From the NCBI RefSeq assembly GCF_009914755.1, contig NC_060935.1: DNA of 64,000 nt, one strand, 5' to 3'. A model generated the notes under the pieces. It made no database searches, was not told the origin of the DNA, and saw nothing but the letters and a program-made list of their open reading frames with translations. Source of the DNA: the human T2T-CHM13v2.0 reference genome, Homo sapiens. Position 1 is the stretch's first letter. Each line of letters opens with the position of its first letter. Made by a program: the position numbers and the translations under genes. Below are positions 1-13,689 of the stretch, in pieces.

Positions 1-159
1 CACTTTTTGTATTTTATTTTACTACTATGTATGCTATTTTAATAACATTTTTCTTTATTAATACTAGAACCAAATATATTGACCAATAAGCAGTATAGAT
101 TTAAATTATCTTCTTGGGTTGGTCTGAGGTTGCTGATGGATTCTTGGGATTGATCTGAT

Positions 160-300
160 GCTAGAAGCTATCTTAGGCCCTGTCTCTAACTCACTGTATG
201 TTTCAGGCAAAACATGCCACGGTTCTAGGTCTGTTTTCTCATCTGCAAAATAAACACCCAAATTAGATGATACTTATTGTTTTAACTAGCTATAAAATTC
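160..300 (+). mobile_element. MIR/MIR3 SINE fragment
   Basis: Degenerate MIR core (ctaactcactgtatg...ttttctcatctgcaaaat...ttagatga). Confidence 0.55.
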
Positions 301-457
301 CAATACTATATTCCCCATCATTTTCACTTACTTTTACTTAATCTTTATTTGCTACTTTTCCACCTATAAAGCGTAATTTTCCATATCAAGTAAACATAAA
401 TTCATTAAAAAATAAACACAAACCCAAAATATTCTTATTCTAATATATCTGCATTAA

Positions 458-1232
458 TAGATAAAAAGGCTTTAGCTTTAATTTTCATTTTTCATTTCTA
501 CCTCTTAAAGTCAATGATAAACTCACAAGTGTAAAATGAATGCATTTAAAAACATAAAAGATACATTTCAATGACAAGAAATATGCAATGATCATGAAAA
601 TCTACTGTACACTTTGCCACGGTCAAAGAATGAAGGACAATATGGAAAAGCCAATCTTCAAATATATCCTTAACAAAAACTCTCTCCTGCATAGTAAAAG
701 CATCATCTAAACAGCAGCTCCAACCAAAAAAAAAAAAAAAAAAAAACAAGCAGGGGAGATGGGACAGATAACTTTCTTCAGGTTTTCCAGATAAAAACAT
801 GTGGTCACCAGGAATTCAAGGTAACTAGGTACTTCAAAAGCCACATTTAATACAAAATAAAATGAGCATTTCTGACAGATGACAACAGTATGAAACTGAT
901 TTTTTTCTTTCCTAGATACAAAAATGATATGGGGCATTTCTTAACAGTTTAGTAATCGTCTAAGAATAATTGTAGAAATAACCCCAATTCCACCATCCCA
1001 GCCACTGGTGTAAAACAAATACCTTCCATGAAACTGTCTTTCACATAACTAAAATATCCTCACTTACTTGGAACAATTTCATGCTTACACATGATCACAA
1101 ACATTTGTTTTTAGATGTTGTGGAATTACTGGAGCTGAGATTTCTGAAACAATATCTGAATCTTAGCAGAGAGATAATAATCCTTTCACTATACATTGCT
1201 TGGGCTTCCTTAACCAAATCTGAGTAACTACT
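458..1232 (-). ncRNA. Candidate 3'-terminal exon of a minus-strand transcript (lncRNA or 3' UTR)
   Basis: Minus strand: possible acceptor ttattacag| near 1232, about 770 nt with no recognised transposon and a U20 tract, ATTAAA at 477-482, and a GU-rich element (ttttgggtttgtgttt) downstream. No credible ORF. Confidence 0.35.
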
Positions 1233-1670
1233 GTAATAATAACAATTTTTAAGAAAAATTTGAATTTTTAAAATATTAATAGATGTCATAATCAGCTTAT
1301 ATAAATATTTTTTAAACTGATAGAAATAAATATAAGCAACTATGTAATATTTTAAAAACTGAGGCTGCATATGTATGAGGGTTTATGTGTCTCCTGAAGA
1401 GAACAGGAATCTGAGCTTCAGTAACTGCTTCCAGTGTTTCATTCTTTCCTGCAAAACTCTGAATATTAACAGAAATGCAAAAAAGTGGCTTTATGTCTCA
1501 CAATGAAGAATACAGTGATGTCAAGATGTCAGATCCTCAGATCAGATTTTATATGTATACATTAAACAGCGAAACAAGTTCAGATTGACATTAGCCTGAA
1601 GTAAAATTTATCTCATGGCATCCCTTGTCCAGATCAGCCCTGGACCAGTTGTACATCAATATGTGCAATG

Positions 1671-1689
1671 AGGGCACCCCCTAGTGGTT
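1671..1689 (-). promoter_or_regulatory. CTCF-binding motif
   Basis: Minus strand reads AACCACTAGGGGGTGCCCT, close to the CTCF core CCAC(C/T)AG(A/G)(G/T)GGCGC. Confidence 0.6.
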
Positions 1690-3676
1690 AGATACTAAAG
1701 CAGCTTTTCAACTGACACTTCATGTATATAAAGACAAAAACAGTAATTTAAGAGAAAAACTATCAAAATAGATGCACTATGCAGAGTGATACATTTTAAA
1801 ATAAGAATAGAAGTAAAAAGAAGAAAAGTCTTCTCAGCGTCCCCACTGTCCTCATTCCCCAAGCTGTTCCCACTAGCTGGGTGCCCAGAGGTGGTCCCCA
1901 TCTAGAGATTTTTTTATTTGTCTTTCTTTTTGTTTTGTGTTTTTGGTTTTCCCCAGTGGTCACAGTTATCATATACTCATACGTTATCTTTGATGTCCTC
2001 AACTTTATGCAGCATTCAATTCCTGATGTGAAATCTTTGGTTTAAAAGAAACAAAAATCTTTGCGTATGGAGTGTTTTTTTCTTGCTAGAGCTATTGTTA
2101 TTTAAAAAAATATGTTTCCTGCTCTAAGTTTGCTGTAGATTCTTACAAAGTTCTTTTCTGTTTCTTGAAAGAGAGGATCAGATTCATTAAGAATCATATT
2201 CCAGTACTCACTTTTTAAGATACATTATGTACAGGGAAAGGGACAGACAACACCATCTAGGGTTCTACTGCTGTTCTTAAATGTTAAAATAAGAAAGACC
2301 ACCCTCTGTATCTATTGTCTATTGTCTCCAAATAGGTGGTATCTTGACATTTTCCCTGTAAAGGCTCATAACTGCTTTGAGCGTCTTCTGTGATAATGTG
2401 CCATTCAATGTGTGTGTACGTCTGCGCATCAATATATTACCATTTGCTTCCTACCATTCAAAATTACCTGGAACTTATATTTATTTCCAGTGTTCTTCGT
2501 TTTATTTTCCTAATTTTAACTGGAAGTTTGAACCAAAAGCTAGGGCAATACAAACACAGCACACTTTTTAAAATGAATTACTTTTTCTGTCAAATTTGAC
2601 ATTGAGGAATTAATAGTCTTATTTAAATCAAAAGTTTAGATGTCACAGTTAAAATGATCTAGTCTATGTTTTTATATCTTGATTAGTAAATTAAACATCA
2701 ATTATCTTTATTCTGAAAATAATTTTTAAATGATTATACGAACATGTGATTCAAAGGGCTTTCATGTAGGAGAAATAAGATTATCCCTAAAGAGCCTAGC
2801 TGAGTAGCAAAGACATAATGAATGTTTATCACATACGATTTTTCTTCATACACTTTTAGTTGTGTTTTCTTTAATCAGCTCTTCATACCATTTCAATTTT
2901 GTAATATGAGTCATTTGACAGAAGAAAAGTACGTGACATATGGGAAGTTGGATTGGAAAGAAAAATAGGTCTTAAAAAATTGTGGTGAAAATATCCTGCT
3001 TTTGCACATTTTTCAAAGACTCTTGGCCATGAGAACATGTTGATAGGGAATCTCTTAGGGTCAAGATGAGTGAGGGTGATCTGAAGCATTATGTTCAGTT
3101 CTTTAATTATAAATACATGCCTACTGATCTGGTTCATAAGATAGGAGAAAATTTGGTAAACGTATATTGTTCCATGCATGCTACTGATTATACAAGTTAT
3201 AAAATTAGCATTAGTTGCTGTGTCCTTAAAAATACTTGGATAAAGGTAGCAATAAAAGATAAGATTAATAACATGAATAATAAATATTTTATTATTCAAT
3301 GTGTAAAAATTGATAGATAATAGTTGCATTCATTATTGCTGACCTCCTTCACCTTATATATGTTTGAGATAAAAGATCACTTAGTAAAAATCATTTCAAC
3401 AAAATCTCACAATAGTTATCCTATGTGGTCATTTACAAACTTCCAAATGGAAGACTCAGGCAAAACATAAAGCAAAAATTATCTCAAGTAATCTTACAAG
3501 AAGGCTATTGAATTTTGATGTTTTGCTTAAAAATCATGTTCAAGAACCTTGTCCCTAAGCACTTCATCAAATCAAGAAAATGGAGACAATTTCATCACTA
3601 ATTTTTAGCAGTTTTCAGTCAATACTTGAGGTATATAGTAATGAGCTATAATCTTTGTGTTTGACTCTTGAAGCTT

Positions 3677-3908
3677 CAGGTTCTTTGATGTTTCCAAGTC
3701 TTCCAACACAGCTAGTGTGTTTGTCTAGTTCTCTTGGAAGTTGTCCTTTATTTTAAAAATCATTTTAGTAAGTCAGTTAATATTATTCTGTTCCTACATA
3801 ATTGAAACAGTCAGGTTTTTCTCCTTACCCCACCCTGGTGTTCTAAAAATAGGGCAATTGCATATGCTAGCTTATTTCTTTTTTTAAAACCAATCAACTT
3901 CAGTATGT
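3677..3908 (+). repeat. Donor copy of a 232-bp local inverted duplication
   Basis: Reverse complement of 4773-5005, with about 6 substitutions and 1 indel. Confidence 0.95.
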
Positions 3909-4548
3909 AATAAAAATATTTCTATTTGAATTACAATAGTTAAAAAAAACAAAGCAAATGGTTCAGTATTTAATATTATTTTCCTCCAATGTAATTGTGC
4001 TATTTTATTGTAAGGTTCAGGTTTTCTATTAGACATTATGATAAGTGCAATTTTGAAAACCAAAGCTTGGTGGTAAATAACAAATTTCATGCTAGAAACA
4101 GGTAATTTTTTCTGTATTTTTATTTTAATAAAAATGTCAACCACCAATCCAGCATTTCTGGAGTATAATTAGTGTTCAATACCATACACCTCCCCCTAGA
4201 CCCCAATTATGATTGTTTGCTCCAAAGAATTTGCCAGTTTTCATGGTAATCTCCTGCAATTGTAAAATAATGTCAATTTTTCAATAACATATCTAACCAT
4301 ATAATCATAATAAAAAAGGAACTAAAGGAAATGATTTTATGACCAATTCATTACAAATCCAGCAATAAAATCTAAACTATAAAATGTGATGATTTTATAT
4401 ATTAAAAACCTTGAAATCTGAAATCCTTACTGAAGTTATCAATGTGTATTTGATGATATCCATAATCATTCTTGATTCTTTTTAAAGTGAGTATTTAACA
4501 GCATCAGGAATGAAAGATTTCACGAAAGTTTCTCAAGTGATAAGTTTT

Positions 4549-5123
4549 TCTGTTTTTTTTTTGTTGTTGTTTGTTTGTTTGTTTTTGTTTTTGAGAAAGA
4601 GTTTTGCTCTTGTTACCCAGGCTAGAGTGCAAGCTCACCGCAACCTCTGCCTCCCGGGGTCAAGCAGTTCTCCTGCCTCAGCCTCCCGAGCAGCTGGGAT
4701 TACAGGCATGGACCACCATGCCTGGCTAATTTTATATTTTTACAAATACTGAAAAAATTTTGTATTTTTACAACATACTGAAGTTGATTGGTTTTAAAAA
4801 AAAGAAATAAGCTAGCATATGCAATTGCCCTATTTTTAGAACACCAAGGTGGGGTAAGGAGAAAAACCTGACTGTTTCAATTATGTAGGTACAGAATAAT
4901 ATTAACTGACTTATTAAAATTATTTTTAAAATAAAGGACAATTTCCAAGAGAACTAGGCAAACACACTAGCTGTGTTGGAAGACTTGGAAACATCAAAGA
5001 ACCTGGAGACACGGGGTTTCTCCATGTTGTTCAGGCTGGTCTCGAACTCCCTACCTCAGGTGATCTGCCCTCCTCAGCCTCCCAAAGTGCTGGGATTACA
5101 GGCATGAGCCACCACGCCCAGCC
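4549..5123 (-). mobile_element. AluS (Sq/Sp-like) split at its A-rich linker by an insertion
   Basis: Both Alu arms recognisable; TSD gtgataagtttt at 4537-4548 and 5126-5137. Confidence 0.93.
4773..5005 (-). repeat. Inserted inverted copy of 3677-3908
   Basis: Direct base-by-base comparison. Confidence 0.95.
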
Positions 5124-6817
5124 TGGTGATAAGTTTTAAAGGTTTTGTTTGTATTGGTCTTAACAATGAAAAAAATAATGTATTTTTTCCAGTTTTTTCT
5201 CTAAATCTTGATAATGTGTTCCGATTTATTTTCATATACTTTAGGAATTCACTCCATGATTTTAAAAGTCTATGAATCTTTTTTTCTCCACATTTAAATA
5301 AACATTACATAATTTGACTTAACTTTGATCAGGTCCAAAGGTTCATGTGGTATCATCATCATGTAGTAGTTGCAAAAGGCTATATAAGTAAACTTAGACA
5401 TGCTATTTGAAATATGTGTAAATGTATCATTACTCAATTCTTAGGTGAACATTTGATTTATTCTCTACAGTTTCATATAAGGTGATGAATTAACTTTCCC
5501 TGAAATACACGGTTTATGGTTTTATATTTTATGCTGCTGGACTCCCAGTAGAGTGTAATGTTTGAACACACATTTCCATGAACTTGTTTTCTAAGGTAAA
5601 CACTTAAAATTCCAAGACAAAGAAAATGCCTAGTTAAAATTTGGGATTACATTTGAAGGTATAAAAATAGGTTTTTGGAAATGGTAATCAACACGTCCCT
5701 TCTCTTCTTAGAGACTCTTTCTCTCACAATAACCCATGTTTGTCTCTACATCCTTTGTAGTTCAGCCTTCATAGTTTTCCTGGCCTGGATATCTGCCTCA
5801 GCACTTCATTATATCTGAATGAGCAACATAAATCCAGTCCCCAAAGCACTGTTGAGTAAGTAGCTCCTTGATAATAGAGGTGAGTGTAACATTAAAACCC
5901 ACAGCACAAAAGTGAATCAAAGTTCTATAAAGGTGTCTGTTTTCTCTTTTTCCCACCTTATATTCATCTTTCTCTATTTCAAAGAGTTACCTACCCTTAT
6001 CTCCAACCTCCCTGTAATCTACAGCTCCCTGCAGCTTGCTACACCTTTCCCCAGCTTCCAGGGTCTCTTATTTTCCCAATCCCATTTCTTATGTAAAATG
6101 AGTTAATTCTGTTAAAATGTCTCTAATTTGCATAGTTGCAGACATTACTACTTTGCATGATTAGGACCTTTCAGTTCTCCCTTTTTTTTTTTAGGAATAA
6201 AAAGGATTCTAACAATGCCCAGTGTTTGCACTAGTACACATTCTTTAGTCTGCCTCATACCAAAGAATATCAATTATAAGTGGGTGTCACGCCCCGGAAA
6301 ACAATATTTTCTTACTAGTATTGACCAGTCCACACTGAGGAGAATCCATCACACTAAGTCATAAGATAACATTATCTATCCTAAGAGCAATTATCATATC
6401 ACAGTGGGACTAAGACTTGGACCTACATATTTGACCTCTTAGAGCAATTGAGTTTGGTCTTCCTAGATTCTATTCCCTTCTTTTTCCTTTATGGCTGGCT
6501 TTACACAGAATCTGTTTCACATTCTCTATCACTGATGCGTTTGGATTCCTTGAGAATCAACTTTTTCCAGAACGCCTGGATACATTTTATTCTTTCCCTC
6601 TTGAGTAATGTACATTGCTGGACTACATTGGCCAGACTTCAGCTGGCTGGTTCTGACTATATATTTCAGCACATTTCAGCATCAGCAATTTTGCATAACA
6701 ATGTGGCTAGAAAGACCTGAGAAGTAGCTCACCACCCAAGGTAAAAAATATTTACCTAAAGGTTATAAATTTCAAAACACGTGTAGTCTTCTAAAATGAA
6801 AAATGCTTAAGCCATTA

Positions 6818-7175
6818 GGATATGGTTTGGCTGTGTCTCCACCAAAATCTCATCTTGAATTGTAACTCCCACAATTCCCATATGTCATAGGAGGAAACCA
6901 GTGGGAGGCAATTGAATTATGGGGGTGGGTCTTTCCTGCACTGTTTTCATGATGGTGAATAACTTTCACAAGATCTGATGGTTTTAAAAAGGGGAGTTTC
7001 CCTGAACAAGCTCTCTTCTCTTGTCTGCTGCCATGTGAGACCTGCCTTTCCCCTTCTGCTCTGATTGTGAGGCCTCCCCAGCCATGTGGAAATGTAAGTC
7101 CATCAAACCTCTTTCTTTTGTAAATTGCCCAGTCTCGGGTATGTCTTTATCAGCAGTGTGAAATGGACTAATACA
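6818..7175 (+). mobile_element. THE1 (THE1A/B-like) MaLR solo LTR
   Basis: gatatggtttggctgtgt...cagcagtgtgaaatggactaataca. Confidence 0.92.
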
Positions 7176-8942
7176 CCATATATGCTTCGGTCATTTATCA
7201 TTGGTAAAATAGAGTGTCTCACTTCTGGTTCCCAGGCCATAGTTTTCTCGTCTTAAGCTATAGTAGTGCATTGAATAATCTTTGATGTATCTTTCAGCTA
7301 TAAAATGTGATATTTTCATTTTGCTGGGCTGTGCTTCACTCTGTATATCTCACCATCCAATCGTTACCTGTCTTTTTGACACAGAAGACTGGCATTTGCT
7401 CTATGTAGCTTCATGTTCAAGGAAAAAGGGAGGGTGGTGTGAAAAAGAGAGTGGTTGAGATTTTCAGTTTTTCTGTGACAAGCTTTTCCCAGACAGAATG
7501 AAGCCATTTCATGATTTTCCCCATGTCTATACCTGTCCAGCTCCATGCCTTTTGAAGCTGTATTTCAATTTCATAATAGAATCAAATTCTTTACTAGAAA
7601 CTATCAGTCTCCCATTTGTTCCATACAATTCTACAAAGAACAAATTTCTTAAAGGATCAAGATTTCCATTTTTATAGAACAATAAAAACACAATAGAAGA
7701 AATGATATGCTTTTATTTTTCTAATTTTTTATTTTACCTGCTATTTATTACTGTTTGGTTATTGTTATTATTTTTAAGTTTATGTAAATAAAGGCCTCAC
7801 ATTAATGACACATTTGCATTTATTGCTTTACAGTAGCACAGCTGAGCTACTCATCTTTCATTAAGGCCTTGTCACCTCACCTCTTCTTAAATTGTAAACC
7901 TCAGAGTCCTTTAAAAAGAAATTCTATCCATCTATTTTTTGCCTTACTTGTCACTTTTAGCTTCATCTCATCTCCCAAATTCTTCCCCTTCTTCATAACC
8001 CCTACTGTAACTGTCTTTGGTGAGCCTCAGTATTCACACATCACTGTCATTCATATTTCATGTTGATGATGCTGACAGTGATTGCTTCCTGTATATAAAT
8101 GGAAAGGAAAAAAAAAAACCCACAACAGAACAATACCTCTCTAAAAGCTACAGCCTATAATTGAAATCCACTTGCATTTTCAGTTTGGTAATTTCGAATT
8201 TTGAAAAAGAGGCCTCTTTGCTGATAGCTCATTCCAGGCTGATCTGTCCAACGCTGTTACTTCCCTAGAGTTTACCTGTCTGACACATTGTATAAAGCTA
8301 TTCTTTGGCAAGGGTGCACCTTTGCACTTGGGCCAGGATGGATAAAATTAAACTTATTACAGAGAAGCATTTACTTATTATTTGATAGCTATTACAAAGA
8401 TAAGGTCATATCTATGATATATAAATGTGCTTCAGTTAATGAAACTTGTTTACACAAATTGCAAATTTTAATTAGGGAATAAACTGTTACATATGGAAGG
8501 GATTCTTCATATCACAAAAGAAGTCTCTGTATGGTTCCATTAGAAAGTTAGTAGTGCTTTTAAAATTATTCTTGTGCTCAAGTCAATTGATAAGGACACT
8601 CAGCTACTCCAAGACTACATAGAGATTTCCTCCCACCATTGTTCCAACTGCATTTTATTACCTATTTGTACAACTAAACATGTATGCTTTCAGCAAGAAG
8701 GTAGATATTATATGGATGCAAAGATAATTTAACTATAACACATGGTATATTGAAGGAAACTAGTTCTCACTTTAATTTTGAAAACATTTTTGCTGGAATG
8801 TTAATATTAATGAGAATTAACTTTTATGTTTGTATTAGCTTTGCTATTTCTATATAGTAAAAGAATACTTAGAATCAGGAACAAAGTGAGAGCTTGGGAT
8901 AGAATCAGATATCTAAATTACTTTTTAATAATAAAAGTAGAA

Positions 8943-9240
<298 letters not shown>

Positions 9241-9719
9241 TAATAATAAAAGTAGCATTAGTATACAGATCAATTAAATTTCACACCCAGGAAAGAAAAT
9301 TTCAGGAGCTCCTGTAACTAAAATAGGCAGAAGAGAAAAATTACAAAGAGGTTTCAAGCTTCTTTGGACAAAGCTTTTAAACTTCAAGACATCTTTATAG
9401 TAATTTTCAACATTTTTTTTTTATTTCACTGGGCTCCTTGAATAATTTCTCAGTTTAATGTGGATTTCAAATAAACTCTTTAAAAAACAGGTGGGTTTTA
9501 TGGAATTTGCTATAGTATATTTTGAATCTCAAATCTGTGTTCAATGCTTCCTTGAAGATGAGATGGCTATATTCTGTGATTGTTTTGTCATTATAGGAGA
9601 CAAATTCTCCATATGATTTTCAACAAAGACCTGACTCTTAACAAATTTAATTATCTAGCAACTGACAGTAAGAAGAAGGTGATGTCCTACTGCATCACTT
9701 TGATGCTTTGAGTCAAACA

Positions 9720-9905
9720 AAAATACTATAGACTCGGGATAAGGATATCTGGTTTACTGTCACTGTAAACCATGAAAAAATCACCTTAAGATCTCTGCAC
9801 TTTATTTTTCACATGTATTAAGCAAGGACTATACCAGCCCTATAAAGCTCACAGATTGTTGTGATAACAATTAGAAGACTGATTTGAAACTATTTGAAAG
9901 TAAAA
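9720..9905 (+). mobile_element. MIR fragment
   Basis: Degenerate MIR core and 3' half. Confidence 0.45.
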
Positions 9906-10829
9906 TGAGCATTTCTGAGAAATAGTCTGAAATAAGGAAAATAATATTAGCAGCAATTTAAAGAGGAAGCCAACACCTTGAGTGCATTTTAAATCTTTTA
10001 TAGAAAGATCTTCACTGCAGGTCATCTTTGCAGTATACTGCTATGATTAGCCCCTAAATAATCTCTTTACAAATTAAATGAAAAATAGAAGCTCCATCTA
10101 CTTCCTCAATCCCTCCATATGGTCTGTAAATGAATAGAAAAAAATTGCATGGAGTTACATTATACAGGAATGTTCTTGGTATCAAAATTTAATCACAATT
10201 TACTAAAAACATAGGCTCTGGAAATTGTACACAAACTAAACACACCTACCATGACAGAGAAAGTAAAACAAAACAAAATGGCACCCAAGGGACAACAGAT
10301 GGGGTAGTTGATGAATTCATCCCCCTATGATTTTCTTTACCGTTGTTTCTTTTTTATTTGCAAATTAAATGTCCTGATTGATGAAGCATACTGGTTGTTC
10401 AGATTTACCTCAATTGATTAGAACATGTTTCTGAGAAGCCAGAATTAAAAGTTAAAGATACCAAGTATCAGATGGCTTTTCACTATTCCATAGCCTGGGA
10501 GGATCAGGACAATACCAGTATCAACTTTAAGGAAGGAGGTAAAATCAATAACCTGCCAACACTGGTCCATGGCATGTACAGAATTTAATGGAGGATGATA
10601 TAGCATAAAACCTCTCATTCTTTCCACTCTTCTCATCTACTTTACATATATCTTCAGAGGCTGTTTTTGAGGTTTATATTCCAATGATATTCTGAGTAAT
10701 TGTCCTTGATAGATGTAAGCTCTCTATATTTTCTATGCTTTAACCAACTCACTCAGTGCTGATTGACTTTTCGTTCTATTTATCACTGAAATTATGTTAC
10801 CTTATCTTATACAATTTTTATTAGGATAA

Positions 10830-11040
10830 ATGTGTAATATATATATGTGTGTATATACATATGAAGCTTATATATTTCTGTGTATATGTCTTGATTCTTT
10901 ATGTATATTTATATGTATTCTGAATATCATATATGACATAATATATGTATACTTATTTTATATATGAATATACGTCTTTCATTCTCTGTGTATATATATT
11001 TGCCATTATAATTGAAAGTAAATGTGTGTATAGATGTGAA
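10830..11040. repeat. TA/TG-rich low-complexity tract
   Basis: Degenerate (TA)n/(TATG)n. Confidence 0.75.
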
Positions 11041-12948
11041 ACCAATAAATTGATAATCACATATGCATCAATTTATAAATAAAATATTTTACAAATAAAA
11101 CAGGCTTTATAAATGAAAATATACTCTGTAATTTTATCTTTTGATTTTTTCCTACCATGTATATTAAAAATAACTACTTTTGAATACGAAATTATTAACC
11201 CCATTATCTTTGGTGAAGAAAAATCTTTCTTTAATAACCCTAGCCTATAGAACTTGTTTTGTGTAGGTGTATGTATATGTGTGTGTGTTTTAATATATAA
11301 ATGTGTATTCATTGGCCCTCCTATAGACAGACATTCACATCACAAGATACCTGTTACGATTTCATAAGAATGTCTTGATTCCCTTTTCTTTCTTTCTCAT
11401 ATTGAACCTAATAAGTAATGATTCTTCTCAGTGATTCATTGAAAATACAGTTATTAAGCCCGATTCTCACACCAGATAATATTCTATGTAAATATGTCCG
11501 AACCATTGGCTTCTTATTTATTTCTGTATAAGCTTCTAGAGGTTTGGAAGTGATTTGTCTCCTTTCTTATCTCTGGTCTTTTGAGCACATATTTTCCTAA
11601 AATCCTTCCTCAAACAGATTTTTGTGGTTTGTTTAAGTTCATTTGCTGATTTCCTTTTACTTCTTAGAAGGTTCTTCAAAATCTTATTTATTATCAATTT
11701 AAAACATTGAGTTAATTGTCACACGCATTATAGTTTTTCTTGGTTATTACTTTAAATATATTATTGGTTTAAATGTATTTTGTGTCACATCGTAGATAAT
11801 TTGGAAAATACAGAGAAAGAAAATGTAAGCTTCTATGTAACCAGGACTAGGAAATAACAACTGTTAACACTTTTGCATATTTCCTGATCTGTTTCAATCC
11901 CCATAATACACTAGTCTGAGTATTCTAAAGGTGGAGGATGGCAATGGCTCTGAGCAGCAGGTACCACAAAGTTAAGTGCTGCTCCTAAAGAACATAATTG
12001 CACCTTCCTCCAGTAGTTTGTCCAGGGATGTGAATCTTGGGGAACAAATACAGAACCACAGGTCAGCATATTGCATGATCACTTTGGGAGTTTGTCTAAT
12101 GGGGGTATCCTAGATAACATAGGACGATCTAGCAGAGAGAGTCTAAGAGGAGTAGAAAGACAGAAATCAGAGTCTGAGGGGAGAATAGGAGCAGCGTGTT
12201 GAAGCAGAGTGAGTTTGGGCATCAAAATCAGAGGGTCCCACCCAGAATCCTCCACAGAAAACAAGAATATTCCCATGTAAAAACGTTTCTTCCTTAATTA
12301 ATAGCAAACCCCCAAAGAATGCAAAGACAAGGCAGATGGTAAAGACGTGCTGCCTGACTTTCCTGCTTTCTTCCCTATACTCCAAATCCAGAAAGCTCTG
12401 GAGCAAAGGAATTAATAAACTAAGGCCAGGCCTAGTTGGGAAGTCTGTGTCAGTGGTCTTTCCTTTGAATGAAAATCAGATAATAAATAATGGACTCATA
12501 TTATAATCAAGAATATAACTAATTATTTGTTAGTTAAATGGAAATTTAGTTTTTTATTACTTATGAGTGACAAGAAAAGATAGGGGGGTCCTGTCTTTCC
12601 TTCGGTGTTTTTATCCAATGGCAGAGGAAAAGTTTTTCTCTCTTAATAAATCCTGAAGTGACAATGGTGACAAAAATCAATGGCTTTCATGATTGCATGC
12701 AAAACTCAAGTTTTTGTAACATACTGGTTGCAAATACATATATCAATACTTATATTAATTGAAAGCTAGTTATAACTATAGACATAACTTATAGGACTAA
12801 GAGTTATAATATACCTATCCAATCTTTCATCTCCAGTTATATCCAAGCCTTCTTAAATTTTCTACCATTATCTGTTCTCAGAAGACTTATTTCCATCCCT
12901 TAATTCCTTCTGTATAAAGGCATGTTGGGTTTCTAATGAACATTTGTA

Positions 12949-12974
12949 TACACACACACACACACACACACACA
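12949..12974. repeat. (CA)n microsatellite
   Basis: About 13 CA units. Confidence 0.95.
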
Positions 12975-13170
12975 TATCTTCAAATGTATAACATGACATT
13001 TTATGGTAATCTCTTCTTCAAATATTAGTAAAAATTTATCTACAGTCATCACATGATAGAACACAAAAATAAAAGCATTATTTGTTTTAATACCAAGAAT
13101 CCTTCAAATGTGGTATAAGGACAAGAAATCATAGTTTCTGCTCTCTGTGTTAGTTATGTTCTTTAAGTTG

Positions 13171-13290
13171 CATGGAACTTAACATGTTCAGGATCTACCC
13201 AGAATTGACACGAATCTGGGAACTTAACATGGTCAGGACCTACCCACTATTAACATGTTCAGGATCTACCCAGTATTGACATGGAACTTA
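13171..13290. repeat. Short imperfect tandem repeat (three copies of a ~25-bp unit)
   Basis: ttaacatg(t/g)tcagga(t/c)ctaccca x3, bounded by catggaactta at 13171-13181 and 13280-13290. Confidence 0.85.
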
Positions 13291-13689
13291 TTGTCTTGTA
13301 TTTGGGTCTGAAAAACAAGTGTCACTTCAAAAAATGTTTCCCTTTTTATTATAAAGTTATATCTTTGATTAGTAGTATCCTGTACTCTTAAATATAAAAC
13401 AAGTTGATGGCAATTGACTTTAACGCAAGACTTCGGACCCAAGTGAAAAGGCTGTGTTTCAATTGAGTGCATCATGGATTTAGAGCTACATATTGTAAAA
13501 CGTTACCTGTGCCTAGGTAACCTGATAGCCCCTAAGTGCCGGGCTCTCTAATTAGGAGGCAATAAGAAACCAGTAATTGTTAAGACACATGGAAGCCTAG
13601 GGGCCATAACGTTGGAGCAGTCTGAGATAACACATTATGTCCCTAGTCTTTGCCATTCTTCGATACCTAGTGAGACCAAGCTATCCAGT

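Noticed and set aside
546-800. 84-aa ATG ORF in the putative terminal exon
   Set aside because: Reads through a T20 tract (poly-Phe); nothing recognisable
2883-3329. 148-aa minus-strand ORF
   Set aside because: Ile/Phe/Asn/Tyr-rich composition typical of AT-rich noncoding DNA; no recognisable domain or exon context
13171-13290. CRISPR-like repeat-spacer array
   Set aside because: Primate DNA, no regular unique spacers, no cas genes
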